Sequence record: NZ_LR134467.1
DNA length: 64,000 bases
Strand: one strand, 5' to 3'
Source of the DNA: a plasmid
Of the stretch, positions 48,070 through 61,870 are shown in pieces; the stretch's first letter is position 1; every line of letters starts with the position of its first letter. The position numbers and the translations under genes are program-made. Below the pieces are notes generated by a model that was not told where the DNA came from, ran no database searches, and was given only the letters and a program-made list of their open reading frames with translations.

Positions 48070-48741
48070 TCAGTCCGCGAGGTGGCGCGTGTGCGCCCAG
48101 CGTGTGAGGGCGTTGCGGTTGCTCTGCTGCGTCTTGCGGAGCACGTTCGAGGCGTGCGTCTCGACGGTCTTGACCGAGATGAACAGGTCCTCGGCGATCT
48201 CCCGGTAGGTGTAGCCGCGGGCCAGCAGGCGCAGGACCTCGAGTTCGCGCGGGGTGAGCGAGTCCAGCTCCGGGTCGAGTGCCGGCTCAGGCACGGGCGA
48301 GCGGCCCGTGAAGGAGTCCAGCACGAAGCCGGCGAGCCGCGGCGAGAAGACCGCGTCGCCCTCCGCGACGCGGCGCACCGCATCGGCCAGCTCCTCCCCC
48401 GAGATCGTCTTGGTGACGTAGCCGCGGGCGCCGGCGCGAATCGTGGCGATCACGTCCTCCGCGGCGTCGGAGACGCTGAGCGCGAGGAAGACCGGTGCCT
48501 TCTCCAGCTTCGCGCGGGGCGCGCCGTCGGTGACGCCGCGCAGCACGGCGACGCCGCCGCCGTCGGGCATGTGCACGTCCAGCAGCACCACATCGGGGCC
48601 CGTGGAGAGGATCCCCGCCACGGCCTCGCCGACGGTGCCGGCCTCGCCCACCACCTCGATGGAATCCTCACGGGCCAGTTCGGCGCGCACGCCGGACCGG
48701 AACACGCCGTGATCGTCGACCAGGAACACCCGGTAGCTCAC
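48070..48741 (-). CDS. two-component response regulator, NarL/LuxR family
   Basis: GTG at 48741 (VSYRVFLVDDH...). Receiver domain plus a LuxR HTH (LTPRELEVLRLLARGYTYREIAEDLFISVKTVETH). The longer ORF 48070..50163 is noise. Confidence 0.9.
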   Translation of the reverse strand: MSYRVFLVDDHGVFRSGVRAELAREDSIEVVGEAGTVGEAVAGILSTGPDVVLLDVHMPDGGGVAVLRGVTDGAPRAKLEKAPVFLALSVSDAAEDVIATIRAGARGYVTKTISGEELADAVRRVAEGDAVFSPRLAGFVLDSFTGRSPVPEPALDPELDSLTPRELEVLRLLARGYTYREIAEDLFISVKTVETHASNVLRKTQQSNRNALTRWAHTRHLAD

Positions 48742-50144
48742 GCACTCTCCTCCGCTGTCTCCGGCGCGACCGTCTCGTCGCCCTCGGCGAGCCTCGCCAT
48801 CGACAGCCGCACCTCGGTGCCCCGGCCCGGGGCGGTGCGGACCGCGACGCTGCCGCCGCGGCGCTCCATCCGGGACCGGATCGACTTGGCCAGGCCCTGC
48901 CGGTCCGACGGTACCCCGTCCGGGTCGAATCCGACGCCGCGGTCGCGGACGAAGACGGAGACCGCGGCGTCGTCGACCTCCGCGTAGGTGTCGATGCTCT
49001 CGCAGCCGGAGTGCTTGGCGGCGTTCACCATCGCCTCCTTCGCGGCGCCGAGCAGGGCGGTGAACCGGTCGTCGACGCCGAGCTCGGCGCCCTCGACGTC
49101 GCCGACGGTGATGACGTCGACCGCCACCGAGTGCGCGTCCTCGACGTCGGCCGCCGCGGCCTTGAGCGCCGCCGCGAGCGACTGGGCGGGCGCCTCGGAG
49201 CCGCCGAACAGCCACTCGCGGAGTTCGCGCTCCTGGCTGCGGGCCAGCCGCTTGACGGCGGCACCGTCGGCGGATTGCTTCTGGATGAGGGCGAGCGTCT
49301 GCAGCACGGAATCGTGCAGGTGCGAGGCGATCTCCTCGCGCTCGATCGTGCGGACCCGGGCGGCGCGCTCGGCGCCGAGGTCGCGCCACATGCGCACCCA
49401 GATCGGCACGGTGAGCAGCGCGACGCCCACCAGGGTGAGCACGACGGCGGCGAGCGCCGTCGGGAGCGCGGCCACGTCGACGCGGCCCAGGAAGACCACG
49501 GCCAGGCCGACGACCACGAGCGTGGCGCCGCCCAGCACGCGCAGCCAGGTGATGAGCCGGGAGCCGCCCGGCGTGGACGCCGGTGTCCGCGAAGCGGAAT
49601 CCGCCTCCCGCCAGACGAGGGCCGCGCCGATCCCGATGACGAGGACCGGGACCACGAAACCGGCGCTGGTGTTGCTCGCGACCGACGCGAGGGTCGCCGC
49701 GCCCACCACGCCGAGGACGGCCAGCGCGAGGCCCTGGCGGCGCTCGGCCGGGTCGGGGTGCTCGGTATCGGTGCCCGGGCGGCACATGAACCACAGCAGC
49801 GCGTACATGACCACGCCCGCGCCGAGCAGCGCGAGCAGGGTGAAGGCGATGCGGACCTTGGTGGCGTCGACGCCGAGATGGTCGGCGATGCCGCCGCACA
49901 CGCCGCCGATCACCGCGCCGCCGTTGCGGCGGTGCATCCGGGGGTACGACGGTGCCGGCGCCGGCTGCGCCGGGGGCGGTACGACGGCGGGCCGGGCGAC
50001 GGCGGGCGCGGGCGCGCGGAGATCGGCGGCCGGGCCCGGTTCGGCGCCCTGTTGCCACCCCTGCTGCCAGTTCTGCCAGCCCTGCTGCCACGCCTGCTGG
50101 CGAGCCTGGTGCCGCGCCCACCGGCGCTCTGCTCGTCTGCTCAT
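48738..50144 (-). CDS. sensor histidine kinase with N-terminal PspC domain (LiaS-like HisKA_3/HATPase)
   Basis: ATG at 50144. A PspC domain (RRNGGAVIGGVCGGIADHLGVDATKVRIAFTLLALLG), TM helices, an H-box (EIASHLHDSVLQTLA) and an ATPase domain. Confidence 0.85.
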   Translation of the reverse strand: MSRRAERRWARHQARQQAWQQGWQNWQQGWQQGAEPGPAADLRAPAPAVARPAVVPPPAQPAPAPSYPRMHRRNGGAVIGGVCGGIADHLGVDATKVRIAFTLLALLGAGVVMYALLWFMCRPGTDTEHPDPAERRQGLALAVLGVVGAATLASVASNTSAGFVVPVLVIGIGAALVWREADSASRTPASTPGGSRLITWLRVLGGATLVVVGLAVVFLGRVDVAALPTALAAVVLTLVGVALLTVPIWVRMWRDLGAERAARVRTIEREEIASHLHDSVLQTLALIQKQSADGAAVKRLARSQERELREWLFGGSEAPAQSLAAALKAAAADVEDAHSVAVDVITVGDVEGAELGVDDRFTALLGAAKEAMVNAAKHSGCESIDTYAEVDDAAVSVFVRDRGVGFDPDGVPSDRQGLAKSIRSRMERRGGSVAVRTAPGRGTEVRLSMARLAEGDETVAPETAEESA

Positions 50145-50192
50145 GATCCCTCGATGGTGGCACGGATCCTCGCCCGCGGGTATCGGGGAAGC

Positions 50193-50241
50193 CCCTGAAA
50201 GATCACCCCTCACCCCGAGGCGCGGCGCCGCGATTTCAGGG
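50193..50241. promoter_or_regulatory. 8-bp inverted repeat CCCTGAAA...TTTCAGGG (33-nt spacer) in the divergent HK / PspC-protein intergenic region
   Basis: Seen directly. Candidate response-regulator binding site or divergent promoter element. Confidence 0.25.
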
Positions 50242-50287
50242 TAGATCCCGATGGACCGGGGCGGCCGCGGCCCGCAGGATCGAAGGC

Positions 50288-51646
50288 ATGGATACGACAA
50301 CCCTCTCCAGCCAGCTCCGGCAGATGTGGGAGACCAGGCCGCTCCGGGCCCGCAACGCGCCGATCGCCGGCGTGTGCACGGGCTTCGCGCGCCGCTACCA
50401 GGTGGACGTCGCGCTGGTCCGCGCGGCGTTCATCGGGGCGACGGTGCTCGGTGGACTCGGTTTCGTCGCCTACATCGTCGGCCTCTTCGTGCTCCCCAAG
50501 GAGTCCGAGTACGCCTACGGCACCCCCGTGCAGCGCTCCGGCCCGCCCACCATCGTCCTCATCATCGCGGCGGTGCTCGCGGTGACCTTCGGCGGCGGCA
50601 TGAGCTCCTCGTGGCCCGGCGCCGGATTCATCAGCCTCGCCCTGCTCCTCGCGGGCTGGTACGCGCTGCACCAGCGCCTGCCCGTGCCCCCGCCCGGCAC
50701 CGCGGTCTCCGCGCGGCTCGCGCCGCCGGCCCCCGTCGGGGCCTGGCAGCCGCCCGCGGCGCAGTTCCCGTGGCAGCCCGTGTGGACGCCGCCCGCCGGC
50801 ACGGACCCGACGACGCCGCAGGCCGCCGCCCCGGAGCAGGCGACCGAAGGGCCCGCGGGCCCGAGCGCGCAGACGCCGCCGGCCGCGGCACCGTCGGAGC
50901 CCCTCAACCTGCAGAAGGCACCGGCGCCCGAACAGGCCCCGCGCGTGCAGACGCAGACCACCGAGGAGATCCACCCGCCCCGCTGGGATCCGTTGGGCGC
51001 CGCGCCCTTCGCGTGGGACCTGCCCGAGCCGGCGGCGTCGAACGCCCCGGTCCCGGTGGAGCCCAAGCGTCGCACCCGGATCACGCCCGTGACGCTCGGC
51101 ATCGCGCTGCTCACGGCCGCGGCGATCGCCACCGTCAACCTCGTTCTCGGCGTGTCGATCTCGCCCGTCGTCGCCGCCGCCATCGTGCTCGGCGTGGTGG
51201 GCACCGGCCTCGTCGCCGGCGCCTTCCGCCGCGGCGGTTACGGCCTGCTCGCCGTCGCGATCCCCCTGGCGGGCTTCGTGATCGTGGGCACCATGGCGCA
51301 GAACGTGATGAGCGGCTTCGCCGATGCTCCGCGCGGCGACCGGAACTTCACCGTCGCCGATCCGAACGCCCTGCAGGAGCAGTACATCCTGCAGGCGGGC
51401 TCGCTGAAGCTCGACCTGCGGCAGCTCACCCTGGACCACGACCGCACCCTGACCACTCGAGTGGGCTTGGGCGAGACCAAGATCCAGGTACCGGAGGGCA
51501 TGAACGTGAAGGTGCGCTGCACCGTCACCGTGGGTGACGCGCAGTGCCCCGACGGCCTGAACGCGACGCCGAAGCCCGGAGCCCCGACCCTGACGATCGA
51601 CGCCCAGAGCAACATGGGCAGTGTGGAGGTGGACCGTGTCCGCTGA
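50288..51646 (+). CDS. PspC-domain membrane protein with C-terminal LiaF/DUF4097-like beta-rich domain
   Basis: An N-terminal PspC domain (RNAPIAGVCTGFARRYQVDVALVRAAFIGATVLGG), a Pro-rich linker, TM helices and a beta-strand-rich C-terminus. Confidence 0.8.
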   Translation: MDTTTLSSQLRQMWETRPLRARNAPIAGVCTGFARRYQVDVALVRAAFIGATVLGGLGFVAYIVGLFVLPKESEYAYGTPVQRSGPPTIVLIIAAVLAVTFGGGMSSSWPGAGFISLALLLAGWYALHQRLPVPPPGTAVSARLAPPAPVGAWQPPAAQFPWQPVWTPPAGTDPTTPQAAAPEQATEGPAGPSAQTPPAAAPSEPLNLQKAPAPEQAPRVQTQTTEEIHPPRWDPLGAAPFAWDLPEPAASNAPVPVEPKRRTRITPVTLGIALLTAAAIATVNLVLGVSISPVVAAAIVLGVVGTGLVAGAFRRGGYGLLAVAIPLAGFVIVGTMAQNVMSGFADAPRGDRNFTVADPNALQEQYILQAGSLKLDLRQLTLDHDRTLTTRVGLGETKIQVPEGMNVKVRCTVTVGDAQCPDGLNATPKPGAPTLTIDAQSNMGSVEVDRVR

Positions 51647-51884
51647 GAAGACCACGGCCGGTAGGACATCGGCCTCGCCCGCGCTCCTCGTCGCCGGCAT
51701 CGCCGCCCTCGCGATCGCCGCCTGGGGCATCGTCGGAGGCCCCCGCCTCATCGACGCCGGCACCCTGCTCGGGATCCTCGCGATCGGCGCCGTCGTCGTG
51801 GCGGGGGTGACCCTGATCAGGCCGCGAAGAGGCTCCGATTCCGCGCCGCCCACTGCGCCAGGCTCATCGCCGGACGACCACTGA
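51636..51884 (+). CDS. small membrane protein (2 TM), possibly translationally coupled to the PspC-domain gene
   Basis: GTG at 51636 overlaps the upstream stop. 82 aa with two hydrophobic helices. The 3' end overlaps the convergent NmrA-like gene by 68 nt, which weakens the call. Confidence 0.35.
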   Translation: MSAEKTTAGRTSASPALLVAGIAALAIAAWGIVGGPRLIDAGTLLGILAIGAVVVAGVTLIRPRRGSDSAPPTAPGSSPDDH

Positions 51885-52623
51885 GATCCTCCACCAGCGA
51901 GTTCGCCTCCTGCCGATACCGGCGGGAGGCGTCTTGCAGGTCCAGGTACCAGCCGGCCATGTCGCCCATCTCGGGCCGCAGCGCCTCCTCGGCCTCCTCG
52001 CGGCTGATCTGCTCGAAGCCGACCTCGCGGCCGATGCCCTCGCCGATCTGCGCGGCCATCTCGACCCGGGTCAGGAAGCTCGGGCCGGTGAGCTCGTAGA
52101 CCTTCCCGACGTGCGCGGCACGGTCCTCGGCCGTGAGCAGCGCCGCCGCGACCGCGGCGATGTCGTCCATCGAGATCGGCGCGCTGCCCGCGTCCGGATA
52201 GGGCTCCCGGACGACGCCCGTCGCGACCTGCCCCGCCCAGCCCGCGAAATTCTCCATGAACTCGCCCGGGCCCAGCACGGTGACGTCGAGGCCGCTCGCG
52301 AGGATGACGTCGGTCAACGCCTGCCAGTGCGCGCTGCCCGAGGTGGCGACCACGTACTCGACGCCCGCGTCCTCGGCCCGGCGCAGCACCTCGGCCGCCG
52401 TGGGCTCGTACGGCGCGAGGTACATCCCCGTCACGCCCTCGAAGGCGCCGTCGAGCGTCTCCGGCTTGCCGATGAAGCCTCTGAAGGCCTCCACCCCGCT
52501 CGGCAGCGCCGCCTTCGCGGGGTTGGTGGTGAGCGCCCGGATGTCCGCGACACCCCTCGCCACCAGCTCGTCGACCACTTTCCGCCCGATGTTGCCCGTT
52601 GCACCCGTCACCAGAATCGTCAT
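51817..52623 (-). CDS. NAD(P)H-binding NmrA/atypical-SDR family protein
   Basis: Rossmann motif (MTILVTGATGNIGRKVV). Confidence 0.8.
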   Translation of the reverse strand: MTILVTGATGNIGRKVVDELVARGVADIRALTTNPAKAALPSGVEAFRGFIGKPETLDGAFEGVTGMYLAPYEPTAAEVLRRAEDAGVEYVVATSGSAHWQALTDVILASGLDVTVLGPGEFMENFAGWAGQVATGVVREPYPDAGSAPISMDDIAAVAAALLTAEDRAAHVGKVYELTGPSFLTRVEMAAQIGEGIGREVGFEQISREEAEEALRPEMGDMAGWYLDLQDASRRYRQEANSLVEDLSGRPAMSLAQWAARNRSLFAA

Positions 52624-52663
52624 GGCGTCGACGGTACCGGCGGCACCGGTCAGATCGTGACCG

Positions 52664-54235
52664 CTATTCCCACTCGATGGTCCCCGGCGGCTTGCTCGTC
52701 ACGTCGAGCACCACGCGGTTGACCTCTTCGACCTCGTTGGTGATGCGGGTCGAGATGATCTCGAGGGTCTCGTACGGCACGCGCGTCCAGTCCGCGGTCA
52801 TCGCGTCCTCGGAGCTGACGGGGCGCAGCACGATCGGGTGGCCGTAGGTGCGGCCGTCGCCCTGCACGCCCACGCTGCGGACGTCGGCGAGCAGCACGAC
52901 CGGGCACTGCCAGATGGTGCCGTCGAGGCCCGCGGCGGTGAGCTCCTCGCGGGCGATCGCATCGGCCTTGCGCAGCAGGTCGAGGCGGTCCTTGGTGACC
53001 TCGCCGACGATGCGGATCGCCAGGCCGGGCCCGGGGAAGGGCTGGCGGCCGACGATCTCCTCCGGCAGGCCCAGCTCGCGGCCGACCGCGCGGACCTCGT
53101 CCTTGAACAGCAGGCGCAGGGGCTCGACGAGGGTGAACTCGAGGTCCTCCGGCAGGCCGCCCACGTTGTGATGGCTCTTGATGTTCGCCGTGCCGGCGCC
53201 GCCGCCCGACTCCACCACGTCGGGGTAGAGCGTGCCCTGGACGAGGAAGTCGATGGTGTGGCCCTCGGCCGCCCGCGCGCCCAGCGCTTCGGAGACGACG
53301 TCCTCGAACGAGCGGATGAACTCGCGCCCGATGATCTTGCGCTTCTCCTCGGGGTCAGAGACGCCCTTGAGGTGCCCGAGGAAGGTGTCCTCCGCGTCGA
53401 CGGTGATCAGGCGCGCGCCCGTCGCCTCGACGAAGTCCTGCTGCACCTGCTCGCGCTCGCCCTGCCGCAGCAGGCCGTGATCGACGAAGACGCAGGTGAG
53501 GCGGTCGCCGATGGCCTTCTGCACCAGCGCCGCCGCGACGGCCGAGTCGACGCCGCCGGACAGCGCGCACAGCGCGAGGCCGTCACCGACCTGGGCGCGG
53601 ACGTCCTCGATGAGCTGCTCGGCGATGTTCGCCGCGGTCCAGGTGGGCTTCAGCCCCGCGATCTCGTAGAGGAAGCGCGTGAGCACCTCCTGGCCGTGCG
53701 GGCTGTGCAGCACCTCGGGGTGGTACTGGACACCCGCCATCCGCTTACCGACGTTCTCGAACGCGGCGACCGGGGCGCCGGGCGTCGACGCCACCGTCGA
53801 GAAGCCCTCGGGCGCGACCTGCACGGCGTCGTTGTGGCTCATCCACACCGGCTGTTCGGCCGGAAGCCCCACGTGCAGGACACCGTCGCCCTGGGGAGTG
53901 AGGGTGGTGCGCCCGAACTCGCGCCCGCCCGTGTTGGCGACGGTGCCGCCGAGTGCCCGGGCCATCATCTGGAAGCCGTAGCAGATGCCGAACACCGGGA
54001 CGCCGAGGTCGAAGACCGCGGGATCGAGGCTCGGGGCGTCCTCCGCGTACACCGACGCGGGGCCGCCCGACAGCACGATGGCGGCGGGGCTCTTGGCGCG
54101 CACCTCCTCGGCGGTGATGGTGTGCGGCACCACCTCCGAGTAGATCCGCGCCTCGCGGACGCGGCGCGCGATCAGCTGCGCGTACTGCGCGCCGAAGTCG
54201 ACGACCAGAACGGGGTTGGGTGAGGAGTCCGTCAC
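52664..54235 (-). CDS. guaA: GMP synthase (glutamine-hydrolysing)
   Basis: 523 aa with GATase-1 (GICYGFQMM catalytic Cys) and an ATP-PPase domain (SGGVDSAV). Confidence 0.95.
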   Translation of the reverse strand: MTDSSPNPVLVVDFGAQYAQLIARRVREARIYSEVVPHTITAEEVRAKSPAAIVLSGGPASVYAEDAPSLDPAVFDLGVPVFGICYGFQMMARALGGTVANTGGREFGRTTLTPQGDGVLHVGLPAEQPVWMSHNDAVQVAPEGFSTVASTPGAPVAAFENVGKRMAGVQYHPEVLHSPHGQEVLTRFLYEIAGLKPTWTAANIAEQLIEDVRAQVGDGLALCALSGGVDSAVAAALVQKAIGDRLTCVFVDHGLLRQGEREQVQQDFVEATGARLITVDAEDTFLGHLKGVSDPEEKRKIIGREFIRSFEDVVSEALGARAAEGHTIDFLVQGTLYPDVVESGGGAGTANIKSHHNVGGLPEDLEFTLVEPLRLLFKDEVRAVGRELGLPEEIVGRQPFPGPGLAIRIVGEVTKDRLDLLRKADAIAREELTAAGLDGTIWQCPVVLLADVRSVGVQGDGRTYGHPIVLRPVSSEDAMTADWTRVPYETLEIISTRITNEVEEVNRVVLDVTSKPPGTIEWE

Positions 54236-54287
54236 CCGGCTCAGTCTAGTCGCGGTCGGCGCCGCGCTCCGACATCAGGGCCGGTCA

Positions 54288-54668
54288 TCAGGGCACGTCC
54301 ACCAGCTCCCACAGCGGGACGTGGGCGTACCAGGGGAACTCGTCGGGCGTCACACGGACCTCGCGGCCGGCGAGGATCGCCTCGTTCTCGCCCCGCGCGT
54401 GCGGGGACAGGACGTCGATCGCCGCCTCCGCGACGCGCTGCAGGTCCGCCTCGTCGAACCGCGCCCACAGCACGCGGCACCGTCGGTCGGCGGGCGGGGT
54501 GCCCGGGTGCTCGATCGCCCACTGCCGCAGCAGCGACGGGTCCTCCGGGGAGCTCGCGAACTCGAACAGCGCCGCGCTCGCGTCGAGGCGGTCACCGATG
54601 GACGCGGTGACGCGCGGCTCGTCGTCGGGCCGGATGAGGACGGTGACGAGGGGGAATCCTGCGGACAT
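54288..54668 (-). CDS. hypothetical protein
   Basis: 126-aa ORF with coding-like composition. No family recognised. Confidence 0.45.
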   Translation of the reverse strand: MSAGFPLVTVLIRPDDEPRVTASIGDRLDASAALFEFASSPEDPSLLRQWAIEHPGTPPADRRCRVLWARFDEADLQRVAEAAIDVLSPHARGENEAILAGREVRVTPDEFPWYAHVPLWELVDVP

Positions 54669-54741
54669 GCGGTCACGCTACGACGCGGGGACGGCCGCCG
54701 TCATCAGGGTTTCTCCGGGTTCCGCCCCTGATCGCGCCGGC

Positions 54742-55398
54742 CTAGTCCTCGCGGCGGCGGACGATCTCGGCGATCCAGACCGGCGCGAACGGCGACGTGC
54801 AGCCCTTCGACACCGGGTAGTCCGCCAGCACCTGCAGGTCCTCACCGATCGCGATCGCGCGGGCACGGCGGGCCCGGTCCTCGATGCCGATGGTCGCGAG
54901 GGTCTCGTTCATGGCCCACTGCAGCTTCGGCTCGGCGTCGCGCATCTCGCGTTCGATCTCGTCCAGGAGCGCGTCCCGGTCCAGGTCGGCCGTCGCGACC
55001 GCGTGCGTCGTGAGCGCCCAGCCCGCCGCCCGGACCCGCGGGTCGGCGTCCTCGAACCACCGCTCCCGCAGCGCCGCCGCGTGCGGCGACTTCGTGACCA
55101 GGTAATTCAGCAACCAGTCGTGGGCCTTGTCGCTGCGAGTGGAGCGCACCATCGCGTCCAGCTCGTCCTCGGTGAAGGCCTTCGGCTTCGCGATGAGCAG
55201 GGCCACCAGCTGGGCCGCCACGTCGCCCGAGTCCCACAGCTCGCCGGCCAGCTCGCGGTCGGTGCCGAGCGACTTCGCCACCGCCCGCAGCTTCGTCAGG
55301 TTCACGCCGTGCGGGTCGCCGTGCCGCTCGTTGACGGCCCGCGCCTTCGGATCCTCCAGCGCCGCCAGCTCGGCCACGACCTCATCGACTCGCGTCAT
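54742..55398 (-). CDS. DNA alkylation repair protein (AlkD-like HEAT-repeat family)
   Basis: 218 aa resembling the DNA_alkylation family (..KARAVNERHGDPHGVNLTKLRAVAK..). Confidence 0.75.
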   Translation of the reverse strand: MTRVDEVVAELAALEDPKARAVNERHGDPHGVNLTKLRAVAKSLGTDRELAGELWDSGDVAAQLVALLIAKPKAFTEDELDAMVRSTRSDKAHDWLLNYLVTKSPHAAALRERWFEDADPRVRAAGWALTTHAVATADLDRDALLDEIEREMRDAEPKLQWAMNETLATIGIEDRARRARAIAIGEDLQVLADYPVSKGCTSPFAPVWIAEIVRRRED

Positions 55399-55500
55399 GT
55401 CCCGAGGTTAGCGCTGACGAAAGTCGAGTCCTGCGGGCAGGCGAGGCGAATCGCTGCCTCGGTGCGCCGTAGAACTCGACTTTCGGAAACCGTGACCGGC

Positions 55501-57246
55501 TCAGGCCTGCGACTCCTGCGCCGGCCGCACCTTCGGCATGGGCAACAGCAGCTGGCCGGGCGCGCCCGCGGGCACGGCGGGCGACTTCGGCGCGGTCGGG
55601 GCGATGCGCCGGTAGCCGGTGCCCTGCGCGGGGCGCGGATCCTGCTCGCCCTTGTTCGGCCACAGCGACGCGGCGCGCTCGGCCTGCGCCGCGATCGACA
55701 GCGACGGGTTGACGCCGAGGTTCGCGGAGATGGCGGCACCGTCGACGACGAACAGCGACGGGTAGTTGTGGATGCGGTGGTACGGGTCGATGACGCCGGT
55801 CTCGGGGCCGTCGGAGATGGCGGCGCCGCCGAGGAAGTGGGCGGTCATCGGGACGTTGAAGATGTCGCCCCAGGTGCCGCCGGCCACGCCGTTCAGCTTC
55901 TCCGCACCGATCCGCGCGGCCTCGTTGCCCGCGGGGATCCAGGTGGGGTTCGGCGCGCCGTGGCCCTGCTTGGAGACCATGCGCCGCTTCTTCGAGCCCG
56001 GGATCTTCTTGGTGTACGTGGTGATCGAGTTGTCGAGGCTCTGCATCACCAGCAGGATCAGCACGCGCTGGCCCCAGTCCTTCTGCGTGAGCAGCAGTTT
56101 GAGGTCGGTGGGCTTCTTCGCCAGGCCCTTGAGGAAGCCGCCCAGGCGGGTGCGCTTCTCGCCGCCGTCGACGAGCAGCGTCTGCAGCAGGCCCATGGCG
56201 TTGCGGCCCGGGCCGTAACGGACGGGCTCGATGTGGGTGTCGGGCGTCGGGTAGAAGGAGCTGGTGATCGCGACACCGTGCGAGAGGTCCTGCGACGGAT
56301 CGGCGACGGTGCGCGCGGAGCCCAGGATCGACTCGGAGTTGGTGCGGGTGAGCACGCCGAGGCGGTCCGAGAGCTTCGGCAACGCGCCGGTGTCCTTGAG
56401 CGAGTGCAGCAGCGTCTGCGTGCCCCAGGTGCCCGCGGCGAAGACCACGTTGTCGGCGGTGTAGACGGTCCGGTTCTTGCGCGCGACGGCACCGGTGCGC
56501 ACCGTCGACACCTCCCAGACGCCCTTGCGGCCCTCGCGGAGCCCCGTCACCGTGGTCATCGGGATGAACCGCGCGCCGCCCGCCTCCGCGAGGTGGATGT
56601 AGTTCTTCATCAGCGTGTTCTTCGCGCCCACGCGGCAGCCCGACATGCACTGGCCGCACTCGGTGCAGCCGGTGCGGGCGGGGCCGGCGCCGCCGAAGAA
56701 CGGGTCGGCGTCGGTGCGGCCCGGCTGGTTGAAGTACACGCCCACGGGTGTCTCGGTGAACGTGTCCGCGACGCCCATCTCCTCCGCGATCTGCTTGATC
56801 ACGCGGTCCGAGGGGGTCTCGTGCGGGTTCTTCACCACGCCCAGCATGCGGCGGGCCTGGTCGTAGTACGGCGTGAGCTCGTCGTCCCAGTCGGTGATGT
56901 GCTTCCACTGCGGGTCGTTGAAGAACGGCGCGGGCGGCTTGTAGAGGGTGTTCGCGTAGTTCAGCGAGCCGCCGCCGACGCCGGCGCCGGCGAGCACGAC
57001 GGCGTCGTTGAGCAGGTGGATCCGCTGGATGCCGTACAGGCCCATCTTCGGCGCCCACACGAACTTCTTCAGGTTCCAGGTGCTCTCGGCGAAGTCCTCG
57101 TCCTCGAACCGCTGCCCGGCCTCGAGCACGCCGACGCGGTAGCCCTTCTCGGTGAGGCGCAGCGCCGTGACGCTACCGCCGAATCCCGACCCGATCACGA
57201 GCACGTCGAAGTGATCGCCCGACTTCTGCTCGACTGCCTTGGCCAT
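55501..57246 (-). CDS. choD: GMC-family oxidoreductase, cholesterol oxidase ChoD-like
   Basis: 581 aa with an N-terminal FAD motif (VLVIGSGFGGSV). Its context upstream of guaB3/guaB2 matches Rv3409c. Confidence 0.85.
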   Translation of the reverse strand: MAKAVEQKSGDHFDVLVIGSGFGGSVTALRLTEKGYRVGVLEAGQRFEDEDFAESTWNLKKFVWAPKMGLYGIQRIHLLNDAVVLAGAGVGGGSLNYANTLYKPPAPFFNDPQWKHITDWDDELTPYYDQARRMLGVVKNPHETPSDRVIKQIAEEMGVADTFTETPVGVYFNQPGRTDADPFFGGAGPARTGCTECGQCMSGCRVGAKNTLMKNYIHLAEAGGARFIPMTTVTGLREGRKGVWEVSTVRTGAVARKNRTVYTADNVVFAAGTWGTQTLLHSLKDTGALPKLSDRLGVLTRTNSESILGSARTVADPSQDLSHGVAITSSFYPTPDTHIEPVRYGPGRNAMGLLQTLLVDGGEKRTRLGGFLKGLAKKPTDLKLLLTQKDWGQRVLILLVMQSLDNSITTYTKKIPGSKKRRMVSKQGHGAPNPTWIPAGNEAARIGAEKLNGVAGGTWGDIFNVPMTAHFLGGAAISDGPETGVIDPYHRIHNYPSLFVVDGAAISANLGVNPSLSIAAQAERAASLWPNKGEQDPRPAQGTGYRRIAPTAPKSPAVPAGAPGQLLLPMPKVRPAQESQA

Positions 57247-57358
57247 CTGGCACCCCTCACCCGTCCGTGGCGGACATGTGTCACCGGGCCGCTGCTGACA
57301 CGGCCCTACTGACGGGTAACGGTACTACTAAACACCACTCAATAACAGTGGTTCGCGC

Positions 57359-58537
57359 TCAGTACGCGACGTTGAGGCCCACCTTCTGGAACTCCTTGAG
57401 CTCGCTGTAGCCGGCCTTCGCCATCGACCGGCGCAGGCCTCCGACCAGGTTCATCTGGCCGTTCGGCTCCGTCGACGGGCCGGTGAGGATGGTGGCGAGC
57501 GACGGCGCGGTGCCCGCGGCGGCGCCCTCCCCCGCATCCAGCCCACCGAGCTGCGCGGGCGCGACCGCACCGCGCGGCATCGACGGGTGCGCCGCCACCG
57601 ACGGCCAGTACCAGCCCTTGCCCGGCGCCTCGGCGGCGATCGCCAGCGGCGCGCCCAGCATGGTGGCGTCGGCGCCGCACGCGATGGCGCGGGCCACGTC
57701 GCCGGAGCTGTAGATGTCGCCGTCCGCGATGACGTGGACGTACCGGCCGCCGGTCTCATCGAGGTAGTCCCGGCGGGCCGCCGCCGCGTCCGCGATGGCG
57801 GTCGCCATCGGCACGCCGATGCCGAGCACCTCGCGGGTGGTGGTGGCGCCCTCGGCCGAGCCGTAGCCCACGATGACGCCTGCGGCGCCCGTGCGCATGA
57901 GGTGCAGCGCGGTGCGGTGATCGCTCACGCCGCCGGCCACGACCGGCACGTCGAGGTCGCCGATGAAGGTCTTGAGGTTGAGCGGCTCCCCCGCCGAGTC
58001 CTCGTTCGAGACGTGCTCGGCCGAGATGATGGTGCCGTGGATGACCAGCAGGTCGATGCCCGCCTTCACCAGCACCGGGGTCAGCTCGCGGGCGCGCTGC
58101 GGGGACACGCGGACGGCGACCGTCACCCCTGCGTCGCGGACCCGGCCGACGGCCGCGGCCAGCAGCTCGGGATCGAGCGGCGCGGCGTGCAGCTCCTGCA
58201 GGCGGCGGATCGCCGCGATGCCCGTGATGTCGGACGCGGCCAGGTCGACGACCTGCTCCAGCTGTGCCTCCGCGTCGCGGTGCCGGGAGAACAGGCCCTC
58301 CGCGTTGAGCACGCCCAGGCCGCCCAGCTTGCCGAGCTCGATCGCGAAGTCCGGCGAACCGATCGCGTCCGTCGGGTGCGAGAGGATCGGGGTGTCGAAG
58401 CGGTACGCGTCGAGCTGCCAGGCGGTGGACACCTCCTTCGAGGAGCGGGTGCGCCGCGAGGGGACGATGTTCACGTCCTGCAGCTCGTAGGTGCGCCGGG
58501 CCGTACGACCCATGCCGATCTCAACCATGTCGCGCAA
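57359..58537 (-). CDS. GuaB3-type IMP dehydrogenase-related protein (no CBS pair)
   Basis: 392-aa IMPDH-fold TIM barrel. Sits between choD and guaB2 as Rv3410c does. Confidence 0.85.
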   Translation of the reverse strand: MRDMVEIGMGRTARRTYELQDVNIVPSRRTRSSKEVSTAWQLDAYRFDTPILSHPTDAIGSPDFAIELGKLGGLGVLNAEGLFSRHRDAEAQLEQVVDLAASDITGIAAIRRLQELHAAPLDPELLAAAVGRVRDAGVTVAVRVSPQRARELTPVLVKAGIDLLVIHGTIISAEHVSNEDSAGEPLNLKTFIGDLDVPVVAGGVSDHRTALHLMRTGAAGVIVGYGSAEGATTTREVLGIGVPMATAIADAAAARRDYLDETGGRYVHVIADGDIYSSGDVARAIACGADATMLGAPLAIAAEAPGKGWYWPSVAAHPSMPRGAVAPAQLGGLDAGEGAAAGTAPSLATILTGPSTEPNGQMNLVGGLRRSMAKAGYSELKEFQKVGLNVAY

Positions 58538-58595
58538 CGCGCTCAGTCCTTCCGATTCCGGAGCGGCCGCTCCGAATGTGCCAGTTCAGCAGGGT

Positions 58596-61869
<3,274 letters not shown>

Positions 61870-61870
61870 G

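Noticed and set aside
54270-54710. Three copies of CATCAGGG flanking the 126-aa hypothetical gene
   Set aside because: Each copy is explained by tandem stop codons or codon context (CCCTGATGA on the coding strand of minus-strand genes). No further symmetry.
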